DNA of 64,000 nt from assembly GCA_015680685.1 (NCBI GenBank), contig MNCI01002704.1:413622-477621 (forward strand), in the 5' to 3' direction. This DNA comes from Gnetum montanum. Its lineage: Eukaryota > Plantae > Gnetophyta. Under the pieces are notes generated by a model that was given only the letters and a program-made list of their open reading frames with translations, was not told the origin of the DNA and made no database searches. Of the stretch, positions 13,908 to 27,471 are shown piece after piece (the first letter of the stretch is position 1; each line of letters starts with the position of its first letter). A program made the position numbers and the translations under genes.

Positions 13908-14765
13908 TGATAGAATCAAGTTTTCCAAGGACTACGATATTGGATATATGATATCATATCTCTGATATTGTAGCACTAGCTACGTTGTCATATATGTGAT
14001 ATCACAGGATGTGTGCTAGCCTAGAAATATAACACTTAGGCACACAGATCCACATAAGTTTTCATTTCATAATACTGTAACTCTTATATTTGTGATTTTA
14101 TTTCTAAGCACTTAGAAGTGTGAATGGTCGTAGTATAGTGTCACATAGTGTACAAAGTCTTTATTCGAGCATCTTGTACTTGGGCACAAATGTGACTAGT
14201 GATAAAGATCGAGCTATTTCATACTATTGTAGAATTCTCCTAGTTTACTATCTTAATTAGAATAATGTTTAGTTAATGTTTACTTTCCCATGCACTTTAC
14301 CATGACTATTATTAAGTAGAATGAGTATGATCGATCTTGAGAACATAAGTGTATTTTCTTGATAACCTAATAGTGCTATCACTTGGTTTGCCTAGTAGCA
14401 AAGTACTTGGTAATCGTAGTAGTAATTACATGAAGCCTAGGGTGTGTATGGAAGGTTAGGATTAGATACTCATTGCCTTAAGATAGAATAGAATTATTTA
14501 CTATTTTAGTTAGACTTAGAAACTCTTTTTACTTCACCATGTTCACTAGGAGTAATAATGCCCTCAAACATCAGTTATCATACACCTCATTATGAGTTAA
14601 ACCATACATGTAGACTTCACTAGATTTACGTGGGAAGATAATGGTCATAGACTTAAACCAATTACTAGCAAAATCACATTGTATCATCAACAGATTATGA
14701 TCTGGTCACATGTGAAACACTTGTGACTTGTACGGTTGGGCGTTGGATTGTTGCACTGCTCATCA
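13908..14765 (+). repeat. 5' LTR of Athila-like element 2 (~858 bp)
   Basis: Ends in CTCATCA like the element 1 LTR and is followed directly by a PBS. The start is placed at the TG where D's RT breaks and is approximate. Confidence 0.75.
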
Positions 14766-14766
14766 T

Positions 14767-14784
14767 TGGCACCATTACTAGGAA
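14767..14784 (+). promoter_or_regulatory. primer binding site, tRNA-Asp type (decayed)
   Basis: tggcaccattactaggaa versus the Athila PBS TGGCGCCGTTGCCGGGGA; all differences are G>A or C>T transitions. Confidence 0.8.
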
Positions 14785-14899
14785 CTAGTTAATGTATGCT
14801 GAGTAATTGATTTCACAAAGTTCATTGTATCAAAACTCAATGTTAAAATTCATAACTATGAAGTAAGAACACTTAAAAAAATGTCTTAAATCATAACAT

Positions 14900-17800
14900 G
14901 GCTTTAAACAAGAATACAACATCAATTACCAAGGAACCACATAAAAGCAATGATAAAATTAATGAAGAAGAAGAATGAGGGATGCCAATGTAAACAAGAA
15001 TCACTTATGCTTACACTAATCCTTATCATCCAAATGTTACTTTTATCTTTCATCATGATATACTAATGAGATGGAAAGACATCCAAGGCAACATAGTCCT
15101 ACCTCCAGAATGTGTAGCACTTAGTAGGCTCCAAACTACATTAAGAGGAATGCATTTGGATCAAATTCAAGAAGGGTACCATGTGACTCATCATATGACA
15201 AGACCCTATGAATCCAAAAAATAGAAGATGAGGAAATATGCTGCTTTGGATATCAAAGATTTACACAACAAAGGAAAGCAGGTCAACACTTCTAATGTCT
15301 TAGAAGAACTTGATTTTGATGAATTCATCATAGAATAGCTCCATTAGAATCATGAACCTTTAAAAACACCTACCATTTAACTTGAGGAACTTGGAAAAGT
15401 TCAACTTCAATTCACTCTAGTATAGACACCTAGAATGGAGATTATTGACTCAAAGTCTAAGCAAGACTCAAGGCCAAGATTTTTTGTTGAGGCTTATATA
15501 GGAGAACATAGGAGTCACAAAAGGAGGACAAGTTGACATCATTCTCCTACTACCTCATCTACCTCATCATGATTGCCAATGGACTTTGATAGAAGAAGAT
15601 ACATGTACTGAGATTATGATAGAGAAGAAAGAAGAACTCATGACCATCAATTCAAGACACTTTGATTCAAAAGATGAAGGATATTAGCAAAGAAGATAAA
15701 GGGATCGAAGAGATAATCATGAAAGAGATGAGCATAGAAGGGGGCACCACTACAATAACAGCACATGGACTCGATTATGATGATGAAACCCTAATAACAA
15801 CCCATATCATGATAAATATCTAGGAAGCTATACACATATCAACCAAGCATGTGAGGGATAGATGTATCAAATGGCTCGATATGAATAACATGTAAAAATT
15901 TGAGGGTGGTTGTAATGCTAATCCACAACACCACCTCCAAGCTTTCCACAATGCCTACCCCCTACTACACTTTGAAAGTAATTAGAAAAAGTTAAAGTTA
16001 TTTCCAAGAATACTTGTGAAAGAGGTAAAGAGCTGATATAGATCACTCGAACCTGAATCAATTAGAAGATGAAGTATCATGCTAAACATCTTCAATGATA
16101 AGTACCAAACCTACTCATGGGTGTATAACTTAAGAAAATAAATCCAAGGATGGAAGTAAGGAACTCATAAAACCCTTGATGTGGAAATGGACAAATGCTA
16201 TTCACTACTGCATAGATGCCCAGGCCATGGATTCTCACAATGGGAACAACTCAAGCATATTGTAGATGGGTTATAAAACAAGACTAGAGAGACCCTTGGG
16301 ATTTATTCCCAAGGCCAATTATCTTAAATGACTACCCATTGAATCCAAATATTAATTGATGAAGTGGCCAAGGAGGAAGGTGAATTATGAAAGAGATAAT
16401 CAGCTAATGAGTACAATAGAGACCCATTTATTAGAAAAAGGGATGCAAAAATTTGTGATACATAGGAGGATGAGACCTTGGATCAATTAATTTAGAAGAA
16501 AAATCTACTGATTCCAAAATTCTGTCATCAATGTAATAACATAAGTAGCAAAAATATGGGACTTAGTTGATGAAAGATGTAGGAAAATCCTAAAGATTAT
16601 GGAGGAGGGATTAGAGAAAGCCTTTGGAAAAGGCAAAGATAAGTAAAAGAAGAAAGATTTTGGATAAAAGGACAAAGTGGCTTTAGTGGTTGAGTGTTCA
16701 GAAAAAAGCTCCATCAATGAGGAAGGATGTGTTGTGTGTTAGTATGAAAATCCAAAAGAATGTTGTCTAGTAATGGATCCTTTATAGGAGATAGGGACAT
16801 ATGCACTTAATCCTAGATTTGTTAAAAAATAGATTCCCAAAAGGTTACCTTATTTTGAAGGTCACTATAGGTAGAACTTTCAACTCACATACTATCCCAA
16901 CAAAGTTTTACCATATCCACAAGAATTGTACTATCAATAGTGGCAACAATCCTAATCATGGAACATGCCACCACATCACCAACAATATTCATATATGCAA
17001 CTAGATCCATATGAGTATTTTGTACAACATCAAATCTCCCCTAGTAATGTTATTATCCAAACTTCTTAATACTACCCCATAGAGTACCACAAACCAACAC
17101 CACTAAGAATAGATCCAAACTTGTACATGCATTCATCAGCAACTAGTTCAAATCAACATCTAAATACTCTACCACCAGTGACACCTCCTGTCATATAAGG
17201 GAAATTACCATCACAAACATAGTAAAAGAATGCAACCAAGATGATTAATTTTCAAGAGGAGACAATTGTGTGGAAAGCACAACTTGAGAAATGACCATTC
17301 ATTTGAACCAGCCTTGAAAAGATTTGATAAATGGGGAATACATCTACTTTCAAGCCATCTACATCAAATCCTACTCAACGTAACAAGCTTTTGTCTTAAT
17401 CAAATTCAAATGTCATGATTGTCATGCTTACTTAGATGATCACTCATTGGATAAAGGAAGGGGCTCTTCCATAGAAGCAAAGTTATTCAAAAAGTTCCTT
17501 AGTTTACCTATAGACAACAAGAAAGAAACCATGAAAAACTCTACTTGATTCTAGGTTAGGAGTGAACTTGATCTCACAAGACATCTACTAGGACTAGAAT
17601 CTACTACTGCTAAAGGAAAGTAACATCTAGTTATAGCTTGCAGACAAGGTAATCATAGATCCACTAGGACAAGTGGATGATGTAATTACAACCATTAATA
17701 GTTTGTCTTACCCTATAGATTTTCAAGTTATTCATGTGGAAAAAAATAAGGGAGAATTTCCAATTATTATGGAAAGAGCTTGGCTTAGCATTTTTGACAC

Positions 17801-20800
17801 TAAGCTTGGAATTCATGACTTATCCTTGGAGATTTTTAAGGAAGATGAAGCTGACATCATACAAAGACGAAGAGTTTCATGTATTGCATACAGTGATAAT
17901 GGGTGTAATTGTATGCAACGAATATGGGCTATTAAACAAGAAGACACAAAAGAATGTAATAAATGTGTAGAAGAAGTATGTGTGCAAAATTATTTATATG
18001 TGGTAGCCACATAGCAAGGCACCTAGTGGCTAATCACAAATGAATATACATAATCCTACAAGTACATGGAATTAGAGGAATAAATTGTTAGTGCCTACAT
18101 TTAAGAAATTGATAAGTTGGAGCAATTAAGGGAAAGGCACTTTCACTCATGAATAAATCAAGAAGAAGAGATAGCTTGGGGATGTTTGGAGATTCCAAAA
18201 ACTATGAAACTAGATCTGTTGGAACAAAGGCCCTATCAAAAATTTTAGAATATGCATTTTTAAACAATAAGAAGTTGGTAATAATAAATATCACTTTAAA
18301 AGAATAACAAAAGATGAAGTTACTGGAAGTGATAAATAGATGGCCCATAGCCTTTGCATAGTCGTATGATGAGATCACATGAATTGATTTGCGCATTTTC
18401 CAACACTGAATATATACTGACCCTATAGTCAAACCAAGACATCAACCCCAAAGAAGGATCAATCCTAAACTAAAAGAAATAGTTAAGCAAGAGTTGGAAA
18501 AATTTCTAAATGTAGGATTCATCTATCCTATTGTAGATAGTGAATGGGTTAACCCCTTAGTCATTATTCCATAGAAGGGGGGAAAATGGTGAGTCTATAT
18601 TGACTTTCAGATATTGAACATTGATATATTCAAGGATTACTTTCCTTTGTCATTTTTTGATTAGGTCCTCGACACAGTTACAGGACATGAATATTACAAT
18701 TTTCTAGATGCATACAATGAATATAATCTAATTTTCATTGCATCCAAAGACTAGGAAAAAATAATGTTTACCAGTCCATGGGAAACATTTTCCTACAAGA
18801 AAATGCCCTTTGGTCTTTGTAATGTATCAACCACCTTCTAGTGATTGATGCTTAGCATCTTCTAGAAGAAAATTGAAAATTTCATAGAAGTATTCATAGA
18901 TAATTTTTCAATGTACAAGCTAGATGTCTACCAAGCACTAGCCTAGTTAGAGCAAGTACTAAAAAGATATGTCAAAACCAATCTTAAGCTCAACTGGTAG
19001 AAGAGCCATCTCATGGTCTAGGAAGGCATAGTGTTGGGACATAAAATCTCCCAAAAAGGTATCAAGGTAGATGTTGAAAAGATTAGAGTCATCCAGAATA
19101 TCACTCAAAGGCCATAAATAATGAAATATGTGAGATCATTCTTAGGTCACATAGGATACTATAGAAGATTCGTAGAAAATTTTTTAGAGATAGTCAAACC
19201 ACTTGTGGAACTCATGAAGAATGATGCATCCTTTGAATGGATAGAGTTTTGTGAAATGGAATTTGAAGCTTTGAAGTTGAAGGTAGTGGAGATACCAATC
19301 CTCCAAGCTCTAGATTAATCAAGACCTTTTCACATCATGACCGATGCTTTCAACTATGCATTTGATGTAGTACTAACATAATTAGAGGATTACAAGAGAC
19401 CTTATTATATATATTGTGCCATAAATATCATCATTGAAGCACAATTAGACTACATCATAACAAAATAGGAGTTGATGGTCATGGTGTATGTTCTTAAGAA
19501 GTTTATACATTATGTGCTTGGATATAAAATTTATGTTTGCATTGATCATAGTATCATCTAATTTCTAATGAACAAATTGGTTATCAGTCCCAAAGTGATA
19601 ATATGGCTCATAATTTTTCAAAAAGTTAACATCATGATGATCAAAGAAAAGGGAACAAAAACTATGATAGCTAGTAATCTCTCAAGGTTGAAATGGGATC
19701 TTGAAGCTTAAGTAGAATCTTTACCAAACCAATTTTCTAATGAGGATCTATTTATAAAAATAATACAGGTTGTGAGTGTAACATAGAAGCCATGGACTAT
19801 AGAATACCTCACATATTTATCAACATAAGAGCTTCGTACTGAATGGACTAAGAAACAATGAGAGAAATTCCTTCATAAGGCAAAAAGATATATGGAAATA
19901 AATGGTAATCTATACAATATCTATGCAAATGGACTCATTAGATGGTATGTGCTAGAATATGACCAATGAAGAGTCTTACATGATGTCCATGAAGGCCCAT
20001 GTGGTGGCCACTACATAGGATGCAGAACAACACTCAAGTTAATGATGGTAGACTACTTTTGGCTAACTTTGTTTAGAGACACCCACACTTTCATACAATC
20101 ATGTGAGCAATGCCAAAGAGATCAAGAAGTTATGGCTAGATATGAAGGACCACAACACTGGATATAGCCACTTGAACCTTTTGACATATGGGGAATTGAT
20201 TTTATGGTATCAATTCAATTGATGCCAAAGAAAAAGGAAACATCATTATGACTATAGATTACTGTACAAACTGAGCAAAGTTAGTAGTAGTAAAAGATTG
20301 TATAGCAAAGACAACTGTCAAATATTTCTAACAACCTGTGTTGAATAGATTTGGAGTACCATGAATGTTCATATTAGACAATGGAACTTACTTCACTAGT
20401 GCTACATTCAAAAAGCTCATGCAACAACTAGGGGTGAACCATAAGTTAACAACACCATATCATCCCTAAGTGAATGGTCAAGCTGAAGTGACTAACTACA
20501 AAATTACTAGGATACTTACTACAATGGTTAGTAGGTTTAGAAAGAGCTGGAGAACTAAATTGAATGATGCTCTATGGGCCTATAGGACAACTTGGAAACT
20601 ACCTATAGGATACTCACCATATGAACTATTTTACAATAAGTTGCCAACAGTCTTGATCTAGGTAGAGCTCTACACTCTAGCTACTACTAGTGAACTTGAC
20701 CTTTACTTAATCTTAGCCCAAGAAGAATGTCTCATGAATTTGAATCTTTTGGATGAGAATAGGCTTGTAGCACTCATGAGTAATGAAGTTCATAAACATT

Positions 20801-21050
20801 GCTACAAACTTAGGCATGTAACTATAAAACTAGGTGATAAGGTCCTTTACTATAATTCTAATCATCTACCCCAAAAGCTAAATATCAGACACTTTGGGAG
20901 GGATGATACATTATTCAATCCACTTATCAATTTGATGCCTTACATATCTACCACCCATCTTGTCCACATAAGCTCATTATTGTCAACATCCAACAAGTGA
21001 AATTCTATTGTGAATATTTCAAAGAATCTACCTAGTCCACCTGATAGTCC
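14900..21050 (+). pseudogene. pol: gag-pol remnant (element 2)
   Basis: Protease LLDS..GVNLI (~17542). RT EWVNPLV (~18542). RSFLGHIGYYRRFV in ORF 19121-19318. RNase H MTDA.NYA (~19337). Integrase HEGPCGGH...CEQCQR (~19988-20120) and NGQAEVTN...ALWAYRT in ORF 20470-20661. Confidence 0.9.
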
Positions 21051-22104
21051 TCTACCTATTCTATCTTCCATTTAACTAATTCTAATGATAGTTGTGGGGA
21101 TATCAATCTAAACTATAGAAAATTCATTGAATTTTTTCTTTTCTTTTCATATTTCACATCCTTTAATATTTTTTCATTCTTTTATACTTTTTCATTTCTT
21201 AAATTTTCAATATTCTTTTACATTTTTAATTTTTTAATAATTTTTCCTTCTTTACATCTTTTCCAAATTCTTACTATCTTTTTCATACATTTTTTCATGA
21301 CCTTTGTGAATAATTTTGATTGTTAATAAAGCATATTAATAATAAGATAAGATATAGTTCAATAAAGTGAATATTTCCCCATGCTATCAAGACATAAGGG
21401 ATTGATTATTTGAATAGTGAGACCACAACATTCATCTATCCATGCCATTAATAAGAGGTTTCTACCATGGCTATAATGATATTCTTTCTATCATACAAAT
21501 AAGAATAAGCCTCTGATTGTTATGATTGGACTAAAAAGTAAAGAACCAAGTGAAAATGTAAAGGATGTGACATCAAGGAGATTTGTGGACTCTCTTGGAT
21601 TACTTTTGTTAGATTTATCGTATTACTTAGGTTTTATTATATCCTTGTATATCTAACAAAAAATGGGAGTAAGGGTACAATAAGTGCTACCTTACCATGT
21701 CATTGGAATGATATGTTACCCATGCTTGAAGGTAGTCCTTTGGTAAGGTTGACATAGATAAAAACAAAACTCATGCGCAAAATACTTTTCTAGGGGTCCC
21801 ATTGGAAATACATGCCACCCATCCTTGAAGGTATGTGGCTTCTCAAGAATTTTAGAAAATAATAAGTGCAATGAATATACTCCTCCCTTGAACAATACGC
21901 TAAGTGACAATACTCCTTCCAACAGTGATAGCCTTACAGTTGTAATTCCAAGACATGAGACAATGCAAAGTCATTGAAATGTGATCTGGACTTGGTTTGA
22001 ATCTTGGGCATAAAGGCTAATGAATACTTTAACCACTAATAAAACACAAGAATTTATTATGCCTATGGTAAGATACCTCACATCAAAATTTCTTCTATCC
22101 CTTT

Positions 22105-22942
22105 TGTTACAACTGGAAAAATCAATTGCTAGAAAGAACTGATGGGTCCATTGTAGCAGTCCTCAACCTAAATCCCTAGGGCCTTTGAAAAAAATTGAAT
22201 TCGGGGTGTCCTAGTTGATTCGGTAGATCAAACAAGGACTTAAAAAATGTGATTGGCTTGATCAACTAAAAATTATGTAACCAATGTGAATAGTATATAA
22301 TTAAAAAAGCATTGAACCTTGAGAAAATTACTAAACTCTATCAAAAAATTGTTGAACTTGTAAATGGTGTTTGATGCTAGTTTTTATAGGTCTTAGGCCA
22401 TGAATAGTGTTACAAAATGACTTTAATTTGGTTGTAAATTATCTGCACAATGGTTGAAAATTGGCTATCAAATTCTTGCAAATTTCTACCTTGTATAGGC
22501 AAGATTGGTACCTAAATTTGGTGGGTTACTATATATAGTAAGTGCCTCCCCCATGGCCATTCCATTTACTATAAATAGTAACAATAGCACACCTTCTATG
22601 CTAAAGATAGATCTTCAATGCTAAGCCTTCTACCATCCCTGCTAGAGTGGTTGGTCAATGTTGAAGTGCATGGAGTGCTAAAATCTAGCTTTTTGAGCTT
22701 CCACACTAGGGGCATGTAGTTTTTATGCTAGGGGGCAAAGTTTCCAAGCTAGGGGAAACCCCTCCACTTCTCCATGCTAGGGGTAGGTGAGATTTAACTC
22801 CTACAAGTATTTCCAACATAGAGAAATGTATACCCTTCATAAAACCCATAAAATTACCATTTTTTCATTCCAAAAGGTAACTTTGATGCTTCCCCTTCAC
22901 CACCCTCCCCCCCCTCCTTGTCCAGCCCAAATATAGATACTA
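22105..22942 (-). repeat. 3' LTR of Tat-like element B, part 1 (split by element C; remainder 46706-46902)
   Basis: Homologous to A's LTRs (ccccatggccattccatttactataaatagtaa). Breaks at atatagatacta and resumes at ggtgacttttttcac (46706). Confidence 0.85.
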
Positions 22943-23507
22943 TGTAACCATGTTGCCTTGATGTTGTCTGGCACCCCAAGGAATTCATTAAGATCAAATG
23001 GATCTAGGGAAGTAGACCTGAGGAATACACCTCTAATAATCAAGAAATCCCTAAAAGGGAGCAAATGACACAACAACTTCTTAATAAGAGAGAATGGACC
23101 TCAAGGAGAATCACTAAACATCAAACAATGACTATGCAAATAAGTACATTAGTAACCCTATAGACATCATCGGTGGAAGGGGAGATGATGTATCTATAAG
23201 GAACACATCACCCCTAGACCCCTCACAAGGTTTGACATGGCATTGCATCAAAAATATTCATTCCTAGTTGCCTACATATTTTTGAACACCATAGAATCAA
23301 GGCCATGTAGTTCTCCATGTGCGGGTAGTACAAAGAGAACTTAGAAAGGGATGAAACAAGTGAGAGTCCTACTACTAGCTTGGTACCACTAAGGTAGAAT
23401 GGATTTTCTAGCACTTGAGTGACACTCAAGGGCATCTCAAAGTGTTCCATGGTCCTTGAACCATGGGAAGAGCCTAGGAGAACCTCTATCTTGAGATATC
23501 TCTCACA
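22943..23507 (-). repeat. 3' LTR of element C (~565 bp)
   Basis: tgtaaccatgttgcc...gagatatctctcaca; aligns with 46127-46700. Confidence 0.9.
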
Positions 23508-25675
23508 ATCCTCCCCTACACAAAACAGCTGATGTCCTCTAAGTGGAGTCTAGGATAACTTTGAGAGTACACTTCAAATATGGGCTTGAAGCTCTGTCAA
23601 TGCCAAGGAATCACTCAATTCAATTGATGCTAGGATTGAAGGAAGTTACCAACCCCATCACCTAATACATCGTTCCATCCAATACTTTCCATGAAACACA
23701 AAGGGCACTTGGAGAAACCCAAATACTTTCTCTACTTTGTAACAAGATAAATAAGTCCAATCCAAAGGACCAACATCTCCAAGACATCCCCTAGATCTAT
23801 CCCTTATTGAGTCTAAAGACTTATCTTCCTACATAGACCCATACGTATGCAAGAGGATGTGCTCTTCTTTCACAAGTCTAATCAAGTTTTGTTCCAAATG
23901 GCATCTTGGCATCCATTAATTCCCTTGAATTTTTTTCATCAATTTTGAGAACTCACTAGGACCACTACCCATCCTGCTGATGGACTTGGGAAACAAAAAC
24001 CTAGAGAGAACATGCTCCAAAAGAGCCAAATCTCCACAAGAAACTCAATCTTGCAAGAACCCCAGGTTCTACTTCTCACATCAAGACCAATGGAATTTGA
24101 CTAGTCTATCCATCTATGTACCAAATCATCATGTTTATACCATCCACATATTTTCTCTTTTTTTTTTCCACATCAACATCTATTTAGGTTGGTAGGAGGT
24201 AGTTGAGCATGATCTCCCTTTGAAATTAGGTTTAGTGGTAGATCTCTTGAATTTGACCTTGTCATCTACAGATGCACCAACACTGCAATCCACATTTCAT
24301 CAACCAATACTATCCCATATTCAAAACTAGAGAGAAGATCCAAAATTTATTTAGAAAACTTCTCCAAGAGGCTATCAAAGCATCCTAACCTAGTTTGTCA
24401 TTGATATCCTTTGAGGTTGTCCAACATTGAAAACACTTGCTTGAGTACTCAAACAAGTGGAGGATGGGTTGTATAGCCAACCCCAAGACAATCCTTCATA
24501 CATATGTCTCATGAAAACCACTATCACATGGTCCACTAGAACCACAATGTCTTATTTATGGGAAAGGATCAATTGCACTGGCATCTTATAAGTTGTCCTT
24601 CCCACTTTGAGAGATGTGACAAGCACCATTTTATGAATGCTTAGTCTAATGAAGGATGTAGGATCACCTCCAAGAACAACCACTATCATGAATTTTATAA
24701 GGAACATCTAGGTTCCTAGAATCTAAATTTCCTACCATGCTAGGAACAACTGCAACTCACAATTAATACCTTTCTTTGGACTTTCCAATTGGAACGAAAG
24801 ATCCTCATTATGAGGCTCCTTTCACAAACAAGGATAATAACTTGACTACACTGTAGCCATGATACATGCCCAAGTAGTCCAAAAAAATCATATTGTACCC
24901 ACATTCAATTCCACCCTTCGATCAACTCAAAAAGCTAGGGAGTTCATCCCCTAAACTTCCATTGAGAGGGAGGGTTCTGTTTCACATATGAGATCTAGGT
25001 TTTCATTTCATATATACCAGTCCATCCCATTTACAAAAATTGTGATGTACAAGGCCACACCACTACCTATTACCCTTGGACATAAATAGTGAACTCGAGA
25101 GTCAACAAGAATAGTTTGCCCATAGGAGGACTACACCCTTAAGACAATTTGAAATCACAATGAATGGGCATCACCATCATCAACTACCAACTTAGAACAA
25201 TCCAAGATTCATTCCCATAGGGTTTACGATAAGGAAGGTCTACTAGAGAGCCCCAACTAAGGAGTTCCTCTGAAAGCCCCAAACTAAGAGAGAGTACATA
25301 AGATCACACCTTTCTTAGAATAAGAGATATATACATTTAGGCTACATCAACAACAAGCACTCACAACGGAGATTTCATGAATTCAATTATGATAAAAATA
25401 TCCTATCTCTAAAAACATCCCCCAAGATTTTAAGCACATGGGACCACTGCTTGGAACAAGTCCCAAATACTAACTACTTTTTAATCCCATCTAGGGAAGA
25501 ACTACCTTAATACAACCTACATTATTCTTTCAAAAACTAAAGGGGATATCCATTGAAATGGAGAATGACCCCTCATACTACTAGAAAATCACCAAGTAAT
25601 AAAGTGTTTGGTCATGCTATCCCACTAGAAAGGTTAGGACACTGACATAATTCAATGATACACTAGTAAAATGGG

Positions 25676-27210
25676 TGTTGCTACCAAAAACATTGATCAT
25701 TGAAAAAACCAATGATCCTTGGTGCATTATTCTACCAGCCATAAATTCCTAAGGCCTTCATGAAAAAAATGGGAGTCAGGGTGCCATGGCTGGTCTAACA
25801 GATCAACTAGGGACTTATGAGATGCAAAACATGGGAATAAAAGGAAATGGAATGCAAAATCGATAGTAAATCTAAAATAATTCATAGATGATAAAAATAT
25901 ATATTTCATACAAAAAATCAAAAATTTAAAACTATATTGAGAAAGAAAATAAAGAATAAGTTTAAAAAATATGTACAAAGGGTGCCTGAGTGGGTAGCAA
26001 AAGGGGGTTCACTGGTGTCGAAGTTCAAAGCCCATTGAAGTTGATGGGATCTACTCCACAATTCAGTTACTAAGCTACTCTTGATGCTATCAAACTATCC
26101 TCAACTACTACTATCTCAAATATACTAGTTGGGTCATTGTTGGGGATGAGAAAAGTAGAAAATTTAGATGCCAAATTACTTCACACTGGGATTTGGGAAT
26201 CCAAAAAGTGTAGTGTTGACATCCAAAATCCACAAATTTCAAGGCTACAATGCTTCCACATTGAGGTTCAAGAGACTACAATTATGAGAACTTGGAAGAG
26301 CTCTTCAGTGCTTGAGAATGCACCAAGTATGGAATTATAATCAATTTTGTGTATATGCCAAAATTTTCTTGATAATGTTGGATTTTCTTAAAATTTTAAA
26401 ATCTTTAAATGAGATTTAAGGCTGGATTTTATAGGATCTTTGGGACATGAATGGGGCTACAAATTAGCTATGATTTAGCTATGAAAATGGCTACAAATTG
26501 GTTGTGAAACAACCACAAATTGGCTTCCAAATTCAAGTGAGATGGATGGCCAAATTTTGGGGGTTACCATACATAGTAAGTGCTTCTCCCCATGGCCATT
26601 CCATTTACTATAAATAGTAAGAAAGGCACACCTTCCATGTTGGGATGAATCTTCTATGTTGAGCTCTCTATCATGCTTGTGAAAGTAGTTGATCAACATT
26701 GAAGTGCATGAAGTGATGAATTTAGGCTTTTTTGGCTTCCACATTTGGAGATGCAATTTTCCACATTGGGGGTGAAGACTCCATTCTAGGGGAAACTTCC
26801 ACACTGAGGTTTGGGTGGGGGTGAAGGGAAGGTTTCTAGGCTATGCATGTAGTCTCCATGTTGAAAGAAAAATGTTTTCAAAACTCCTACCTTTCCACAT
26901 TAGGGGTAGGTGAGACTTACCCCCATTCATGTGCTTCCAGTGTAGAAAAATGTATACTCCCCATAAAACCCATCAAATTACCTTTTTTGGCATTCCAAAA
27001 GGAATTTTTGACCTCCCAAGCCAAAATATAGATACTAGATAACTTTTTTCACTTGGGTGATGAGGCTTTGACCACTTATGAGGCATTTTTCAGACCCAAA
27101 AGTATAAAGTATAATTCTCATATTTATAATGAAGTTTTGTCTCAGGTTTCATGGGGTGAAAGCTACATGATGAAGATTAGTTATAACATGCAAATTTTTG
27201 TGGTGTTTCA
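25676..27210 (-). repeat. 3' LTR of element A (~1535 bp)
   Basis: tgttgctaccaaaaac...gtgtttca. Aligns end to end with 41520-43080. A PPT-like aaagagggtc is adjacent on the minus strand. Confidence 0.9.
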
Positions 27211-27471
27211 ATGGACCCTCTTTGTTGGTGCCTAGAAGACTAACCCAAGAGGCACCAATAGAGATTAAAAAACACCACTGCATATTATAATGCTACAATG
27301 CATACAGGTGACATGAGAGAATGAGGTTATCCAAGTTACCAAGGTTGCTAGTTTAAGGCCATGGTAGGCCATGGTACTAGTTTAAGGCCTTGGCAAGCAA
27401 TATTGGTAGTTTAAGGTCATAGTGGACCATTGAAAGTAGGCTCGCTTATTGATGATTATCAGCTACATGTA

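Larger units (their letters stand above)
13908..22104 (+). mobile_element. Athila-like LTR retrotransposon 2 (interrupted at 22105 by element B)
   Basis: LTR, Asp PBS, gag-pol and AT-rich 3' spacer; colinear with element 1. Confidence 0.85.

Noticed and set aside
23510-23700. Chromodomain at the end of element C integrase
   Set aside because: Only ~180 nt follow the VFH motif and no YLVKW/TWE-like motif is readable.
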